From: a virus
Reading direction: 5' to 3' (one strand)
Virus record (IMG/VR): IMGVR_UViG_3300014911_000002
Coordinates: 25,380-89,379 of that record
Length of the DNA stretch: 64,000 nucleotides
Below are positions 10,862 through 20,397 of the stretch, piece by piece (position 1 is the first letter of the stretch; every line of letters begins with the position of its first letter). Position numbers and translations under genes: made by a program. The notes beneath the pieces are model-generated. The model ran no database searches. It saw nothing but the letters and a program-made list of their open reading frames with translations, and was not told the DNA's origin.

Positions 10862-11149
10862 TCATTCCTCTCCCTCCAAGCTATGTTTAACTATTTTCTT
10901 GTAGTGAGCTTCAAATAATAATTCTAAATATCTTGGATCTCTGGATTTGTCGGTCATTTTGCATTGTCTTGCCCAATCTCCCACCACTTGAGTCACAAAC
11001 TCTTCCTTACCTTCAGGACTGGTATAGCCTAAATAAGACGTGAAAGTGAGTAAGTCATCTTCGGTTGATTTTTTCCCGTAAGCCACTAACCTTTTGCCAT
11101 CCCATATTTCTATCCTATCGTCAAATTCTATAATTCGTAGTTCTCTCAT
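10862..11149 (-). CDS. Hypothetical protein
   Basis: 95-aa ORF in operon. Confidence 0.55.
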   Translation of the reverse strand: MRELRIIEFDDRIEIWDGKRLVAYGKKSTEDDLLTFTSYLGYTSPEGKEEFVTQVVGDWARQCKMTDKSRDPRYLELLFEAHYKKIVKHSLEGEE

Positions 11150-11340
11150 TCTAACCCTTCAATATTTAATCTAATCTTCTATAGACGCTCTTATTTCCCA
11201 TATTAAATCATTTAGACTATCCCAGAAATCTTCCTTAGTGTCTTCAACACTCATCCTATCCCATACTTCTCCATTCCATGTTATTATGCCTTCATCGTAA
11301 TCAATTTCTATTATGTGCTTCATTATTTCACCTCTGCTAA

Positions 11341-11547
11341 TCATATTAGCTTCTTTGCTTTCTTTACCATCTTTTCTGCATCCCTTAATAAATCTTTTAT
11401 GATTTTTTCTTGATTCTCAGGCTCAATCTGCGGACCACCCACAAAGACATTGCCGGCTGTCCGCTCTTCCAATGCTTTCAATCTCTTTTCTATATTAGTT
11501 AGACGGCTTTCGATTCGTCTAATGCGATCTTCTAAATCGGCGTTCAT
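11341..11547 (-). CDS. Small coiled-coil protein
   Basis: Heptad LEDRIRRIESRLTNIEKRLKALEE. Confidence 0.6.
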   Translation of the reverse strand: MNADLEDRIRRIESRLTNIEKRLKALEERTAGNVFVGGPQIEPENQEKIIKDLLRDAEKMVKKAKKLI

Positions 11548-11810
11548 TTTTTATCATCTTCTTTTCCGTGCAAATCTGACATTGCCACAGCTATATCAGC
11601 GAGCATATGGGCAGCAGAATCATATACTGAATCCCTAATGCTTTTTATATCCTTCTCGATTGACCTTTCTATGATGGTTATACCTATTACACCCAAGGCT
11701 ATTCCGCCAACAACGACGCCTAAATCATTTCCATAGAACCCTTTATAGAAAATACTTCCTGATAATGTTAGCAAAAGATATCCAATTGGACGAGCAAGGA
11801 GACTAATCAT
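11544..11810 (-). CDS. Small two-TM membrane protein
   Basis: Two hydrophobic helices; GGTGA RBS. Confidence 0.6.
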   Translation of the reverse strand: MISLLARPIGYLLLTLSGSIFYKGFYGNDLGVVVGGIALGVIGITIIERSIEKDIKSIRDSVYDSAAHMLADIAVAMSDLHGKEDDKK

Positions 11811-11992
11811 CTAATCACCTATGTTGGAAACATATCTATTTCGATACGGCTAAAACGTGATGTATTTAGTTCATCCAAAAGATACTCCAATGCTTCTTTT
11901 GTATTGTTAACTTCAAACTTATGCGTCTCAACTTTGTGCAAACCATCAAAAATTTTTACAACCGCATAATATCGTTTTTTCATGCCCTTCAG

Positions 11993-12607
11993 TTATACCT
12001 CCAAATCTATTTCCTTGAAGGTCTTAACACAACATGAACAGGTATCACATATTTCTATACATTTATCAACATGATGATGGCCAAAGAAGTGATATTTCGG
12101 CTTTAATTTATATACAAGAGAGGTTATGAGAGGCGAACCTCTATCTCGCGCATCTCTCTCCTTTATTATGAAGGGTGATGGTGCTTCGTGAGTTAGCAGT
12201 ATATCCAATTTTGGCATCTTTAGAGCTTTTGTATATTCATCTAGTGTGAAGTGGCTTCTTCGCTTCCCTTTTAGCTCCTGCTTAGATTTTTGGAAGGATA
12301 TTGGGGAAAAATTTCCGCCAAAACCACCAATCCTCAGGCCGTGAATTTTAATATAAGTGCCATTTGGGATAAAAATAAGATTTTTCGCGATCTCTGAAGG
12401 CTCTCTTATTCCATGGATTTCATCAAGAGCCTCGTGATTACCCATTACGAAAAACATACGTTTAGGCAAATCTGGATAATAGTCTTTATCACCAGCTAAA
12501 TCTCCGACCTGAAGATATAAATCAGCGGAAATTCTCGTAAGATAATTTTTAAGCGTTGAGTAATCACCATGAATGTCTCCAATAACTACAATCTTCATGG
12601 TTCGCAT
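11993..12607 (-). CDS. Calcineurin-like metallophosphoesterase
   Basis: GDIHG, VGD, GNHE, THEAP, GHHH. Confidence 0.88.
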   Translation of the reverse strand: MRTMKIVVIGDIHGDYSTLKNYLTRISADLYLQVGDLAGDKDYYPDLPKRMFFVMGNHEALDEIHGIREPSEIAKNLIFIPNGTYIKIHGLRIGGFGGNFSPISFQKSKQELKGKRRSHFTLDEYTKALKMPKLDILLTHEAPSPFIIKERDARDRGSPLITSLVYKLKPKYHFFGHHHVDKCIEICDTCSCCVKTFKEIDLEV

Positions 12608-13456
12608 TTACATATATCCTAATGCTCTTAGCCTACGCATAATCTTTTCTTTGTCTTGCGCTCTTCCAGCTCTTTCTCCAACGCCCTTATAAGATTTTAT
12701 TTCTTCTATGATTTTATCAATAGTGTCAGCATCCGATTCTATTGGTGATGTACAAGGTGCACATCCGATGCTTCTGTATCGATAACCATTTACTGCAAAA
12801 TATAATGGATTTACAGGTATGTTTTCCTGTTTAATATACTGCCAGACATCCAATTCTGTCCAGTGGAGCATCGGATGAATTCTGTAGTGATCAACCTCTT
12901 CATCACTCCAGTCAGCAATATAGAGCGACCATCCAGCAAATTCAGCATCTTGTAGATATTCAAATGGGGAGTCGCCCTTTTCACTTGGCTTTTTGGGTCT
13001 TATAATTTCCCAATTTCCCCTCTTCCTCGGTGAAAAGTATCTTTCGATGCCCCTTTCAGGAAGTTCGTCTCGCCTTATGGCTAAAACTAAAGCATCGATA
13101 CCATATTCTGCAATTGCTTTCTTCAGTGCATTTGTCTTCCTTTCCATACAACATTTAAACCTATCTGCATATGGTGAAGTCATCTTGAATGCCTTTGAAT
13201 TTTTAACTGTTATAACTTCTAAATCCCACTTATCTATCAATTTCTGTTTGAATTCATAGATTTCTGGCAGCTTTAGTCCAGTATCTATATGCATCACGGG
13301 AAACTGAACCTTCAAACCTTCTGGATTCGCTTTCCTTGAAAGATGAAGAAGAGTGGTAGAATCCTTCCCGAATGAACAGAGTATGAATGGATTTTTAAAC
13401 TGGCTTTTTACTTCTCGAAGTATGAATATGCTCTGCTTCTCCAATTCTTCTAGCAT
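12608..13456 (-). CDS. cysD: Sulfate adenylyltransferase subunit 2 (CysD; PAPS-reductase family)
   Basis: LEKQSIFILRE, SFGKDS PP-loop, HIDTG, RRDE...ERYFSPR, RIHPMLHWTELDVWQYI, YRSIGCAPCT, ERAGRAQDKE..MRRLRALGYM. Confidence 0.85.
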   Translation of the reverse strand: MLEELEKQSIFILREVKSQFKNPFILCSFGKDSTTLLHLSRKANPEGLKVQFPVMHIDTGLKLPEIYEFKQKLIDKWDLEVITVKNSKAFKMTSPYADRFKCCMERKTNALKKAIAEYGIDALVLAIRRDELPERGIERYFSPRKRGNWEIIRPKKPSEKGDSPFEYLQDAEFAGWSLYIADWSDEEVDHYRIHPMLHWTELDVWQYIKQENIPVNPLYFAVNGYRYRSIGCAPCTSPIESDADTIDKIIEEIKSYKGVGERAGRAQDKEKIMRRLRALGYM

Positions 13457-13574
13457 TCATATCACCTTTTTCTAAAAGACTGGATATGTTCTGAGATGCC
13501 ACATTAGGAAATCCATATTTTCAATATCAAATAGCATACACTGTCTTGATTTCTCTTCTTCCTGACGAGATATA

Positions 13575-13705
13575 GGCCTGAGAGGCCCAGAAATCGATGT
13601 AGAGACGAGTTTTTTCCACGCAAGTATCTCACTATTCGTCGTCTCAAAACTCGTCTCTACGGCCGCGTTAGACGCCTTTACGGGCTTAATTTGAGGTGGG
13701 TTGGG
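13575..13705 (+). repeat. Dispersed ~130-bp palindromic element, copy 2
   Basis: Perfect 15-bp IR GTAGAGACGAGTTTT (13599-13613) / AAAACTCGTCTCTAC (13646-13660) around core CAAGTATCTCACTATTCG. Confidence 0.85.
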
Positions 13706-13718
13706 ACTATTTTTGGGA

Positions 13719-13874
13719 TTATTCATCGCTACATGAATCGTCATTCCTTACAGAAAGGACAATATAGTCCTTAGACCTACAGAAAGGACATCTAAACTTC
13801 TGTGGGGAAAAATCAGATTCAGGGAGTGTGTATCGTTCCCCACAATTTTTACATTCTATTTCATAATATTTCAT
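13719..13874 (-). CDS. Zinc-ribbon microprotein (51 aa)
   Basis: Manual translation MKYYEIECKNCGERY...FRCPFCRSKD; TAATG overlap with upstream gene. Confidence 0.6.
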   Translation of the reverse strand: MKYYEIECKNCGERYTLPESDFSPQKFRCPFCRSKDYIVLSVRNDDSCSDE

Positions 13875-14077
13875 TATATCTTTCCCCATTCTATCTTGTT
13901 CCAGATTCGTTCATGGAAATAATACACGATTGTCTTTATAATATGAATTAATGCAGAAGTCCTAACCGAGAATGAACCATCTCGAGTTACACCCCAGATT
14001 ATACTAAAGGTTATAAGGAACCCTAATATTCGCCAGCTTATAGACTTTGCAAGAGAGCGTATCTTCATATCAGTCAT
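13874..14077 (-). CDS. DUF2061-family membrane protein
   Basis: RSLAKSISWRI...KTIVYYFHERIWNKIEWG. Confidence 0.8.
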   Translation of the reverse strand: MTDMKIRSLAKSISWRILGFLITFSIIWGVTRDGSFSVRTSALIHIIKTIVYYFHERIWNKIEWGKI

Positions 14078-14318
14078 ATTTCGACCATTCTCGCTTAAGG
14101 ACTTCAAAAACTTCACGAGATATTAACACCTTTAATTGCTTCTCTTGGTTTTCCCAACCAAGGAAGTATTTTCCGTTTCGCCTCTCAACAAAAAATCCTT
14201 CTTCGGTAATCTTTGAAACTGGACAACGCCATATTCGTTCTACGAATTCAGAACTTCTTTTACGACTGCTTTCCACTTGTGCTGAAGCTTTCTTAACGCG
14301 ACGTTTTTTACGGCCCAT
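14070..14318 (-). CDS. Hypothetical basic protein
   Basis: 82-aa ORF overlapping the 3' end of the GT4 gene. Confidence 0.4.
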   Translation of the reverse strand: MGRKKRRVKKASAQVESSRKRSSEFVERIWRCPVSKITEEGFFVERRNGKYFLGWENQEKQLKVLISREVFEVLKREWSKYD

Positions 14319-15514
14319 TCTCTTGCATTCCTCCCATGTTCTTCCATAATGTCTCTATTCTGATAATAGAACTCTAGTGCTTCAACTAGTTTATCAATAT
14401 CAATGAGTGCTCTTTGAACTGCTGCAACATTGAATCGTTCCCAAAAGAGGGTAACATACGGTACGAGTATGCCTCGTGGACTTGGTTCTCCATCCATTAT
14501 AAGTTCTTGAGATGTTGTATAGTCAGTAATCACCGTTGGCTTCCCGCAGGCTGCGGCTTCAATAGTTGTAAGCCCGAAGCCTTCACCTGCAGTCGGATTT
14601 ACTGAAATATCCCACATATTATAAATCTGTGGAATTTGCTTTCTTGGCATGCCAACCTGGAACGGCTGAATTATTTTATCTCCGATGCCGTAAAGATTTA
14701 CAAGATAGCCTATCGGATAACCAAATACATCATTCCAATCCATTTGAAGATGAAGAAGCACATCGTCTTTATCCTTCGCAAATTTAGCAAAGGCCTCGAT
14801 TAATCTTGCAGGCTGCTTTCTCGGTTGGTTTCTATTTAAATCGCCAACTACAAATTTATCCTGAAGGGATTCAGGCTTTTCCGCAGGTTTGAATATTGCA
14901 GAATCTACACCGTGCCAAATGTAGTCGACATCCATATTGAAGTATTGCTTGAAGACATATTGCCCATATTTTGACATTGCAATAACTTTATCAGCTGTCA
15001 TATATATTTGTTTCCAGAAAGGCATTGGTGGTTCGCCATCTTGTGGTGCGTATTGAATCCATTTCACATCTCTTGGGTATTTTTCTCTGAATTTTAAAAG
15101 CTCGCCTTCCAAATGCATCTGTATGGTTGCATCATCGAGGATTTTCTTCGCTGGAAGGTCTGCAACCTTTAGAGTGATTGAATTTGGGCATAAAACTGAA
15201 GGAACATGCTCTACCATCTGGATATCATTTACGGTTATCAAAATGTCTGGTTTAAGGTTATCCAGTAAAACGGGTAAAGAGCGCCTGCCAAAATCGTAGA
15301 GCTCTCTTTCACGTGGATAATTTCTATGCTGAATCACTTCTCTCGGGTCACCTTCAATGTCAAGAATGATTTTTCTGTCCATTACTTCCTGTAGTCCCAG
15401 GATATGTACGTCGTATTCATCCGCGAGAGACCATGCAACACCCTGAGCATTAACACCAAATCCAGTTGGACCTTGAAGGTTATCTGAAACTATAAGAACT
15501 TTTTCTCCAGCCAT
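14240..15514 (-). CDS. GT4 (GT-B) glycosyltransferase
   Basis: TGFG, WHGVD, NRNQPRK, GEGFGLTTIEAAACGKP. Confidence 0.9.
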   Translation of the reverse strand: MAGEKVLIVSDNLQGPTGFGVNAQGVAWSLADEYDVHILGLQEVMDRKIILDIEGDPREVIQHRNYPRERELYDFGRRSLPVLLDNLKPDILITVNDIQMVEHVPSVLCPNSITLKVADLPAKKILDDATIQMHLEGELLKFREKYPRDVKWIQYAPQDGEPPMPFWKQIYMTADKVIAMSKYGQYVFKQYFNMDVDYIWHGVDSAIFKPAEKPESLQDKFVVGDLNRNQPRKQPARLIEAFAKFAKDKDDVLLHLQMDWNDVFGYPIGYLVNLYGIGDKIIQPFQVGMPRKQIPQIYNMWDISVNPTAGEGFGLTTIEAAACGKPTVITDYTTSQELIMDGEPSPRGILVPYVTLFWERFNVAAVQRALIDIDKLVEALEFYYQNRDIMEEHGRNAREWAVKNVALRKLQHKWKAVVKEVLNS

Positions 15515-15516
15515 AG

Positions 15517-16485
15517 TTACACCATAGCCAATTCTTCAAAATATTCTAAATAATTCTTCACTTGATTTTCCCATGACAGCCAGGTCGGGTCTGGAACATC
15601 ATCTAAATCTTCATGTCGTAGTGCATGTACGACATCATCGGTAAATTTATCGGGGTCTGGTCTACCCTTTAAGACACCCTCTTGTGAACCGATGAAATCA
15701 TAGTGTGGAACATCTTTCACGATGAGTTTTGTATATGAACCGTACATATCTGCGGCTATTCCAGATTGAGAGCCATAGGAATTCCCGCCAGCATTCCAAG
15801 CAAAGAGTAAATCACACGCTTGCATTTTTTCATTCAGTATCTTTTCTGGCACAAATTCAGTATCTATTCTAAAATTCTCCTCTTTACCGAGACGTTTGAC
15901 AACCGAGCGGATTTCTGCTTCCCTTCCTAAATCTCCGGCTTTCCAATATGAGGTGATCAAATAAAGAAACTCATCATCATTTAATTTTGGAAGGAGTTTC
16001 TCAACTATCAATGGCAAACGTTTTCCCGTACCGGTGATGAATCCGGCCGTCCCAACTATTTTCTTATCTACTGGAAGACCATATTTTTCTCGAAGTTTCA
16101 TCTTATCTTGTTTTGGAAAGACCAAAGCTGGGTGTGGTATAACTCTATAATTCCAAGGTTCCTCACGTAGACCTTTTATCTGAGATTCTGAATGTAATAC
16201 AACACCTTCCAAAATAGGGAAGAACTGTTGAAGACCGTTTATGTGATGTGCCGTTACAACAATTACTGGATTTACGTATTGGTTTATGAAACGATTTAAC
16301 AACTGAGGTGGTACTATTCCCGGTTCGTATTGTACCGAAATCACATCGACATCTTCGCGCAGATTTTCTGCAAACATGAGAGTTTTAACATTTGGAAGTT
16401 TGCTCAGATAATGCGATAGCCGTTTAGCATAAGTATAAATCCCACATCTCTGGCCGATAGATGAACACTGAATTGCTATTTTCAT
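15517..16485 (-). CDS. GT-B fold glycosyltransferase (GT4-like)
   Basis: CGIYTYA, VIPHP, GTAGFI...K, SQSG, SWEN. Confidence 0.75.
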   Translation of the reverse strand: MKIAIQCSSIGQRCGIYTYAKRLSHYLSKLPNVKTLMFAENLREDVDVISVQYEPGIVPPQLLNRFINQYVNPVIVVTAHHINGLQQFFPILEGVVLHSESQIKGLREEPWNYRVIPHPALVFPKQDKMKLREKYGLPVDKKIVGTAGFITGTGKRLPLIVEKLLPKLNDDEFLYLITSYWKAGDLGREAEIRSVVKRLGKEENFRIDTEFVPEKILNEKMQACDLLFAWNAGGNSYGSQSGIAADMYGSYTKLIVKDVPHYDFIGSQEGVLKGRPDPDKFTDDVVHALRHEDLDDVPDPTWLSWENQVKNYLEYFEELAMV

Positions 16486-16847
16486 ATCGCATCCTCAATT
16501 TTTACTACATCCCATCTTCTTCGTAATTTTTCCACGGTTTGTTTAAATTGTTCGTATATATCATTCGTTAATTCGCGCTTGAATATATCGATTATTTCCT
16601 TTCTTTCTGACTTCTTAAGTTTATCACGCGGAATTATCGTGAAATGTTTTCGATAATTCCATTTCTTTCTGCTCTTGTCTTTGAGGAAAGGTATGTGGCG
16701 TTTCCGCTTTAAATAAAATCTAACAGATGCCCAACCTGTTACAAATATCGCATCATCATATTCATGAACGCGAATTTCGATATGAGGCTTAAAGCCTTTC
16801 TTCATCACAAATCCTCCTATAGCATCGAAAGCATATAGGTACGCCAA
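16482..16847 (-). CDS. Hypothetical protein
   Basis: ORF in operon; true start may be internal (MKKGF). Confidence 0.5.
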   Translation of the reverse strand: MAYLYAFDAIGGFVMKKGFKPHIEIRVHEYDDAIFVTGWASVRFYLKRKRHIPFLKDKSRKKWNYRKHFTIIPRDKLKKSERKEIIDIFKRELTNDIYEQFKQTVEKLRRRWDVVKIEDAI

Positions 16848-16977
16848 TATGTTTCACATAATTTCGCTCGCTTCTTGATTTTATTGAATTCATTAGCCGT
16901 TGAATCGGAAAGTATCTTGAAGTTGTCCACACGTAAAAGATGGTTTCAGTACCGCAGAGAAAGCATTGTTTGCCCAT
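16789..16977 (-). CDS. Zinc-finger microprotein
   Basis: CFLC...CFRC; TAATG coupling. Confidence 0.55.
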   Translation of the reverse strand: MGKQCFLCGTETIFYVWTTSRYFPIQRLMNSIKSRSERNYVKHIGVPICFRCYRRICDEERL

Positions 16978-17498
16978 TACTTCTTCTCCTTTTGTTTTGC
17001 TTCGTTCTCCCGAAATACAATAAATACATATGGAACCCCCATTCTTTCGAATTCTTTTATGGCGGACAAAATTCTATGTTCGTATGTTTTTTCGTGCGGC
17101 ATCTTCCAGCGGATCTTATTATGTTCTTTCCATCTCATTGTAACTAGTTTATTCGGGAGAACGTATATCTTCGGCATATATTCTTCGCAAATGATTTTTG
17201 CAAAGGCTTCTCGTTCTCTTTCGTGAACTAAGCAAATATAAGGTACCTCCGGTAAGATCTCTTGAAGCTTTACAGACCTATCTGGGAAGCACACTTTTCC
17301 ATTTGGAAGATGCGTCATTAGCTTCTTTGACCCATCAGGTTGGTCAACCCAACCAAATACTAAGATTCTGAGGTCTGTAAATCGTTCATCTTGCATTTCT
17401 TCTATCTGTTTCATAAATTCCTCATCATCTTTCCCAAAATCACCCCGTCTTTCAATTGCCTCATCAATCGTTATTTTCTTCCCAACTTCAGTCTTCAT
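16977..17498 (-). CDS. Hypothetical protein
   Basis: 173 aa, GGTGA RBS. Confidence 0.6.
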   Translation of the reverse strand: MKTEVGKKITIDEAIERRGDFGKDDEEFMKQIEEMQDERFTDLRILVFGWVDQPDGSKKLMTHLPNGKVCFPDRSVKLQEILPEVPYICLVHEREREAFAKIICEEYMPKIYVLPNKLVTMRWKEHNKIRWKMPHEKTYEHRILSAIKEFERMGVPYVFIVFRENEAKQKEKK

Positions 17499-17842
17499 AC
17501 TTTCTCACCACCTTTATGCATACGACACATCATCTTCTTTTGCTTTCAATTTATTTGCGTAATCTTCAATTATCTCCCAACCAAATTTTACAACAAGATA
17601 ATGAGTTGCTATCATTATGAGATGTATCCATGTTAAAGTTCCTATTAGCGCGACTCCTCCCAAAAATATAAGAAAACCTATTAAATCCATGATATCAGCT
17701 CACCAAATCTTCTATCAAATACATGCTTGCAATATCAAGATATGCGTCGCATGTGATTTCATCATCTGGGTTCGGAATGTTTTTGTTGTAATTAATTCCA
17801 AGAGGTTCGGTACAAGTCGTTCCATTATAGAATGCACAATTT

Positions 17843-18847
17843 CTACATTTCACCATGTCTCAAACACCTTATACTCTTTATTTCGTCAAAATCAACATAA
17901 TACGGACATTCCTTACCTAGACAGTAGCCTAATGCCTGTAAAGAGGCACAAGACAAAGGTTTGTAACTCCCCCTCTTACAGATATGGGTTATCTGCATTG
18001 CAGTTATTCTATCGTTCCAATCAACCCATTTATGGGCATAACGCCGTTTTAATGTCATAAATATTTCCTGTGGTGAAACTCCATTAGCATAAAGCCATGC
18101 AACATATGAGTATCTTATGATATGATGTGGTTCTGGCTCATGCTCTAAATGATACTCGACACATGGATAATCGTGATGCTCGATTGGGCGTTCCCTTTCC
18201 TTCCCATTAATATCAAGTTCTATTGGAGCTGTATAGAATGGTGCAATTTCATCCAAATCTAGGAGTTTTCCTTTTCTATACCTAATCAATGTTGATAAAC
18301 CTCCATTATAGACCAATTGATATTGCCCATTTTTAGATTTATATTTACCAAGATGATAGGTGCCTGGAATTCTTATAAGCCGTCTTGGGTCCCGAATTCG
18401 TTCATCGATCGTTTTTAAATTTAATAATAATTTCAGCCATGATACAAATGCTGAGACCTGAGAAGACTGATAAGGTTTCGGTTTTAAGCCGACAAGAATG
18501 TGAAAGCCTCGCCCTCCAGTATAAGAAAGAATCATATCAGCGTCTATGGCAGCAAGGAAATTGAAGGCCACCACTGCATCATTCAAAGATTCAGATATTT
18601 CACCATCAAAATCTATTGGGATAAATAATCTATATGGAATTCCATCGAAGTATGTAGAAATTGATAACCCGCAATTTGCAACGCCATTGAATTTCTCAAT
18701 AAGATCTATGACTTCTGATTTTGACCAGACTCGTTTTTGTCCAGCAATTCCGTATCCCCAGTATCCGAAGTATCTGTAACCTCCGAGAAATTCTCCGATG
18801 AATCGCTCAAGGCCATCTTTGGTTTGAACCTTCGTTTCAATTCCCAA
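17843..18847 (-). CDS. Archaeo-eukaryotic primase, PriS catalytic domain fused to PriL-like Fe-S C-terminal domain
   Basis: IDFD, YTGGRGFH, RLIRIPGTYH; C-terminal YPC...YKPLSC..LQALGYC...CP. Confidence 0.85.
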   Translation of the reverse strand: MGIETKVQTKDGLERFIGEFLGGYRYFGYWGYGIAGQKRVWSKSEVIDLIEKFNGVANCGLSISTYFDGIPYRLFIPIDFDGEISESLNDAVVAFNFLAAIDADMILSYTGGRGFHILVGLKPKPYQSSQVSAFVSWLKLLLNLKTIDERIRDPRRLIRIPGTYHLGKYKSKNGQYQLVYNGGLSTLIRYRKGKLLDLDEIAPFYTAPIELDINGKERERPIEHHDYPCVEYHLEHEPEPHHIIRYSYVAWLYANGVSPQEIFMTLKRRYAHKWVDWNDRITAMQITHICKRGSYKPLSCASLQALGYCLGKECPYYVDFDEIKSIRCLRHGEM

Positions 18848-19167
18848 ATTTCAACCTCCATACCTTTGCGTACATAATCGACGGCTTTCTTTACAGCCTC
18901 TAATTCGGATTTGACATAAACCGACGATTGGACTTTTAATTCTGGGTTGAACACCTCGCATAGGAAGCATTCATTGTTGAAGCTTTCTTCGGTGAAGCCA
19001 TTATTTGGCTTTTTAATGGCAAAAATGCATTTGCACTCGGGGACATAATATATGGTTGCGTCTTTGGGAACTCGTTTCAAAAGAGATAATAAATCCTGAT
19101 CATCATCGACTAGCTCTTTATTGTATATCGCCACAAACTTCCATTTTAATTTATTCCGTTCTTTCAT
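18706..19167 (-). CDS. Hypothetical protein
   Basis: 153-aa ORF, ATGA-coupled; overlaps the primase 5' end. Confidence 0.5.
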   Translation of the reverse strand: MKERNKLKWKFVAIYNKELVDDDQDLLSLLKRVPKDATIYYVPECKCIFAIKKPNNGFTEESFNNECFLCEVFNPELKVQSSVYVKSELEAVKKAVDYVRKGMEVEIWELKRRFKPKMALSDSSENFSEVTDTSDTGDTELLDKNESGQNQKS

Positions 19168-20135
19168 TTTCCCACGTGCATATCGAATTTATGGGAGTAT
19201 AATTTTATCTTTGGAGCTCCCATCTTTTCGGGTTTATATCGCCCTCTTTCTGCATATCCACCATATTCTAGGAAGAACCCAGTACCAACAAGAAGCTGTT
19301 TGATATTTTCTACTTCACCAGTTACGAAATTTGGACGCCTTTTTATTTGATCTTCGCCTATTATCGAATGGATATGCCCGCATAATATTATATCAACATC
19401 ATGAATCGCACCTAAATCCTCCAAAAGCTTTATCTTTGATGATTTTTTAACAGCAGCGCTATGTGGATGAATTGCATATATCGTATAGAACTGCTTACCA
19501 ACTTTTACTCCAATGTATCCCGCTTCACCCATATATGGGACATTCAGAGATAGGGCTAGAGTTTTTATTATATCAAAACCTTTATCTCTGTAAACCCAAA
19601 GCTCATGATTTCCGCTCAGTATTGCTATGATTTTTCCCGCATCAGCAAGTGGTCTCATCTTTTTATAAATCCATTCATATTGTTCTTGAGGCGTAATCTT
19701 AAGTGTAAACGTTGAACGTTCATTTGCGGATTCAATTAAATCTCCCATCAAAATAGTGTATACGCCATCATTTTCGAGAATGTATTTTATATAACCATCT
19801 AAGAGCTCTTCACTTCTTTCTGTGAACTCTGGGTTGCCATAATGAATATCGCCAAGTGGAACTAATACAACTCTCCCTTTCGCATCTGGTTTCAAATCAA
19901 CAACCACAAGATTTTTAGTTTCACGTTTAGGAACTGCAATGAGTTTTAAATATTTTCCGTTTTTGTCTATATCACCTGTTTCGTTAACTCGTCTGATTAT
20001 ATAGCCGAGCTTATTCAATTCGGAAATTCGTCCTCGTAAACCATCATAGGACATTTCTTTTGTGAACTCAGATATGGAATGGCTGTTGCCATCCATCAGG
20101 ATATCTATAATCTTCTTGTGTGTCGGTTTTAACAT
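19164..20135 (-). CDS. Winged-HTH plus calcineurin-like metallophosphoesterase
   Basis: N-terminal LRGRISELNKLGY HTH; GDIHYG, GDLIE, GNHE, GHIH. Confidence 0.82.
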   Translation of the reverse strand: MLKPTHKKIIDILMDGNSHSISEFTKEMSYDGLRGRISELNKLGYIIRRVNETGDIDKNGKYLKLIAVPKRETKNLVVVDLKPDAKGRVVLVPLGDIHYGNPEFTERSEELLDGYIKYILENDGVYTILMGDLIESANERSTFTLKITPQEQYEWIYKKMRPLADAGKIIAILSGNHELWVYRDKGFDIIKTLALSLNVPYMGEAGYIGVKVGKQFYTIYAIHPHSAAVKKSSKIKLLEDLGAIHDVDIILCGHIHSIIGEDQIKRRPNFVTGEVENIKQLLVGTGFFLEYGGYAERGRYKPEKMGAPKIKLYSHKFDMHVGK

Positions 20136-20139
20136 TTTA

Positions 20140-20397
20140 TCAACTCATCCATTTCTTTGCCCATATCCAGCCTTTTCCATCACAAAATTCACATATTATT
20201 TTCTTCTTTTCATCTGTTTTCATCCAACCCATTCCAAAGCATTCTGGACAGATGATTTTGACCATCGAATCATCGAGCTCATTCAATTTATCTATGGTGT
20301 TTTTAATTTCATGTTCGAGCTTCTTCAAATCGGATAACATTTCATTATGCTTCTCTTTTAGCGAATTTAATTTTGCTTCCAACTCTTCTTTATTCAT
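20140..20397 (-). CDS. Coiled-coil plus DnaJ-type zinc finger protein
   Basis: CPECFGMGW...CEFCDGKGW (CxxCxGxG x2). Confidence 0.7.
   Translation of the reverse strand: MNKEELEAKLNSLKEKHNEMLSDLKKLEHEIKNTIDKLNELDDSMVKIICPECFGMGWMKTDEKKKIICEFCDGKGWIWAKKWMS

Noticed and set aside
12608-13456. DndC / phosphorothioation system
   Set aside because: Sequence fits CysD along its length and no dndB/D/E or ssp genes are present
13472-13744. 90-aa ORF, and likewise 40579..40878 and 35739..35990
   Set aside because: They run across the dispersed palindromic elements and have atypical composition; likely spurious
13749-13790. Direct repeat TACAGAAAGGACA x2 as a regulatory site
   Set aside because: Lies inside the 51-aa zinc-ribbon ORF (one copy encodes CPFC); only two copies, probably incidental
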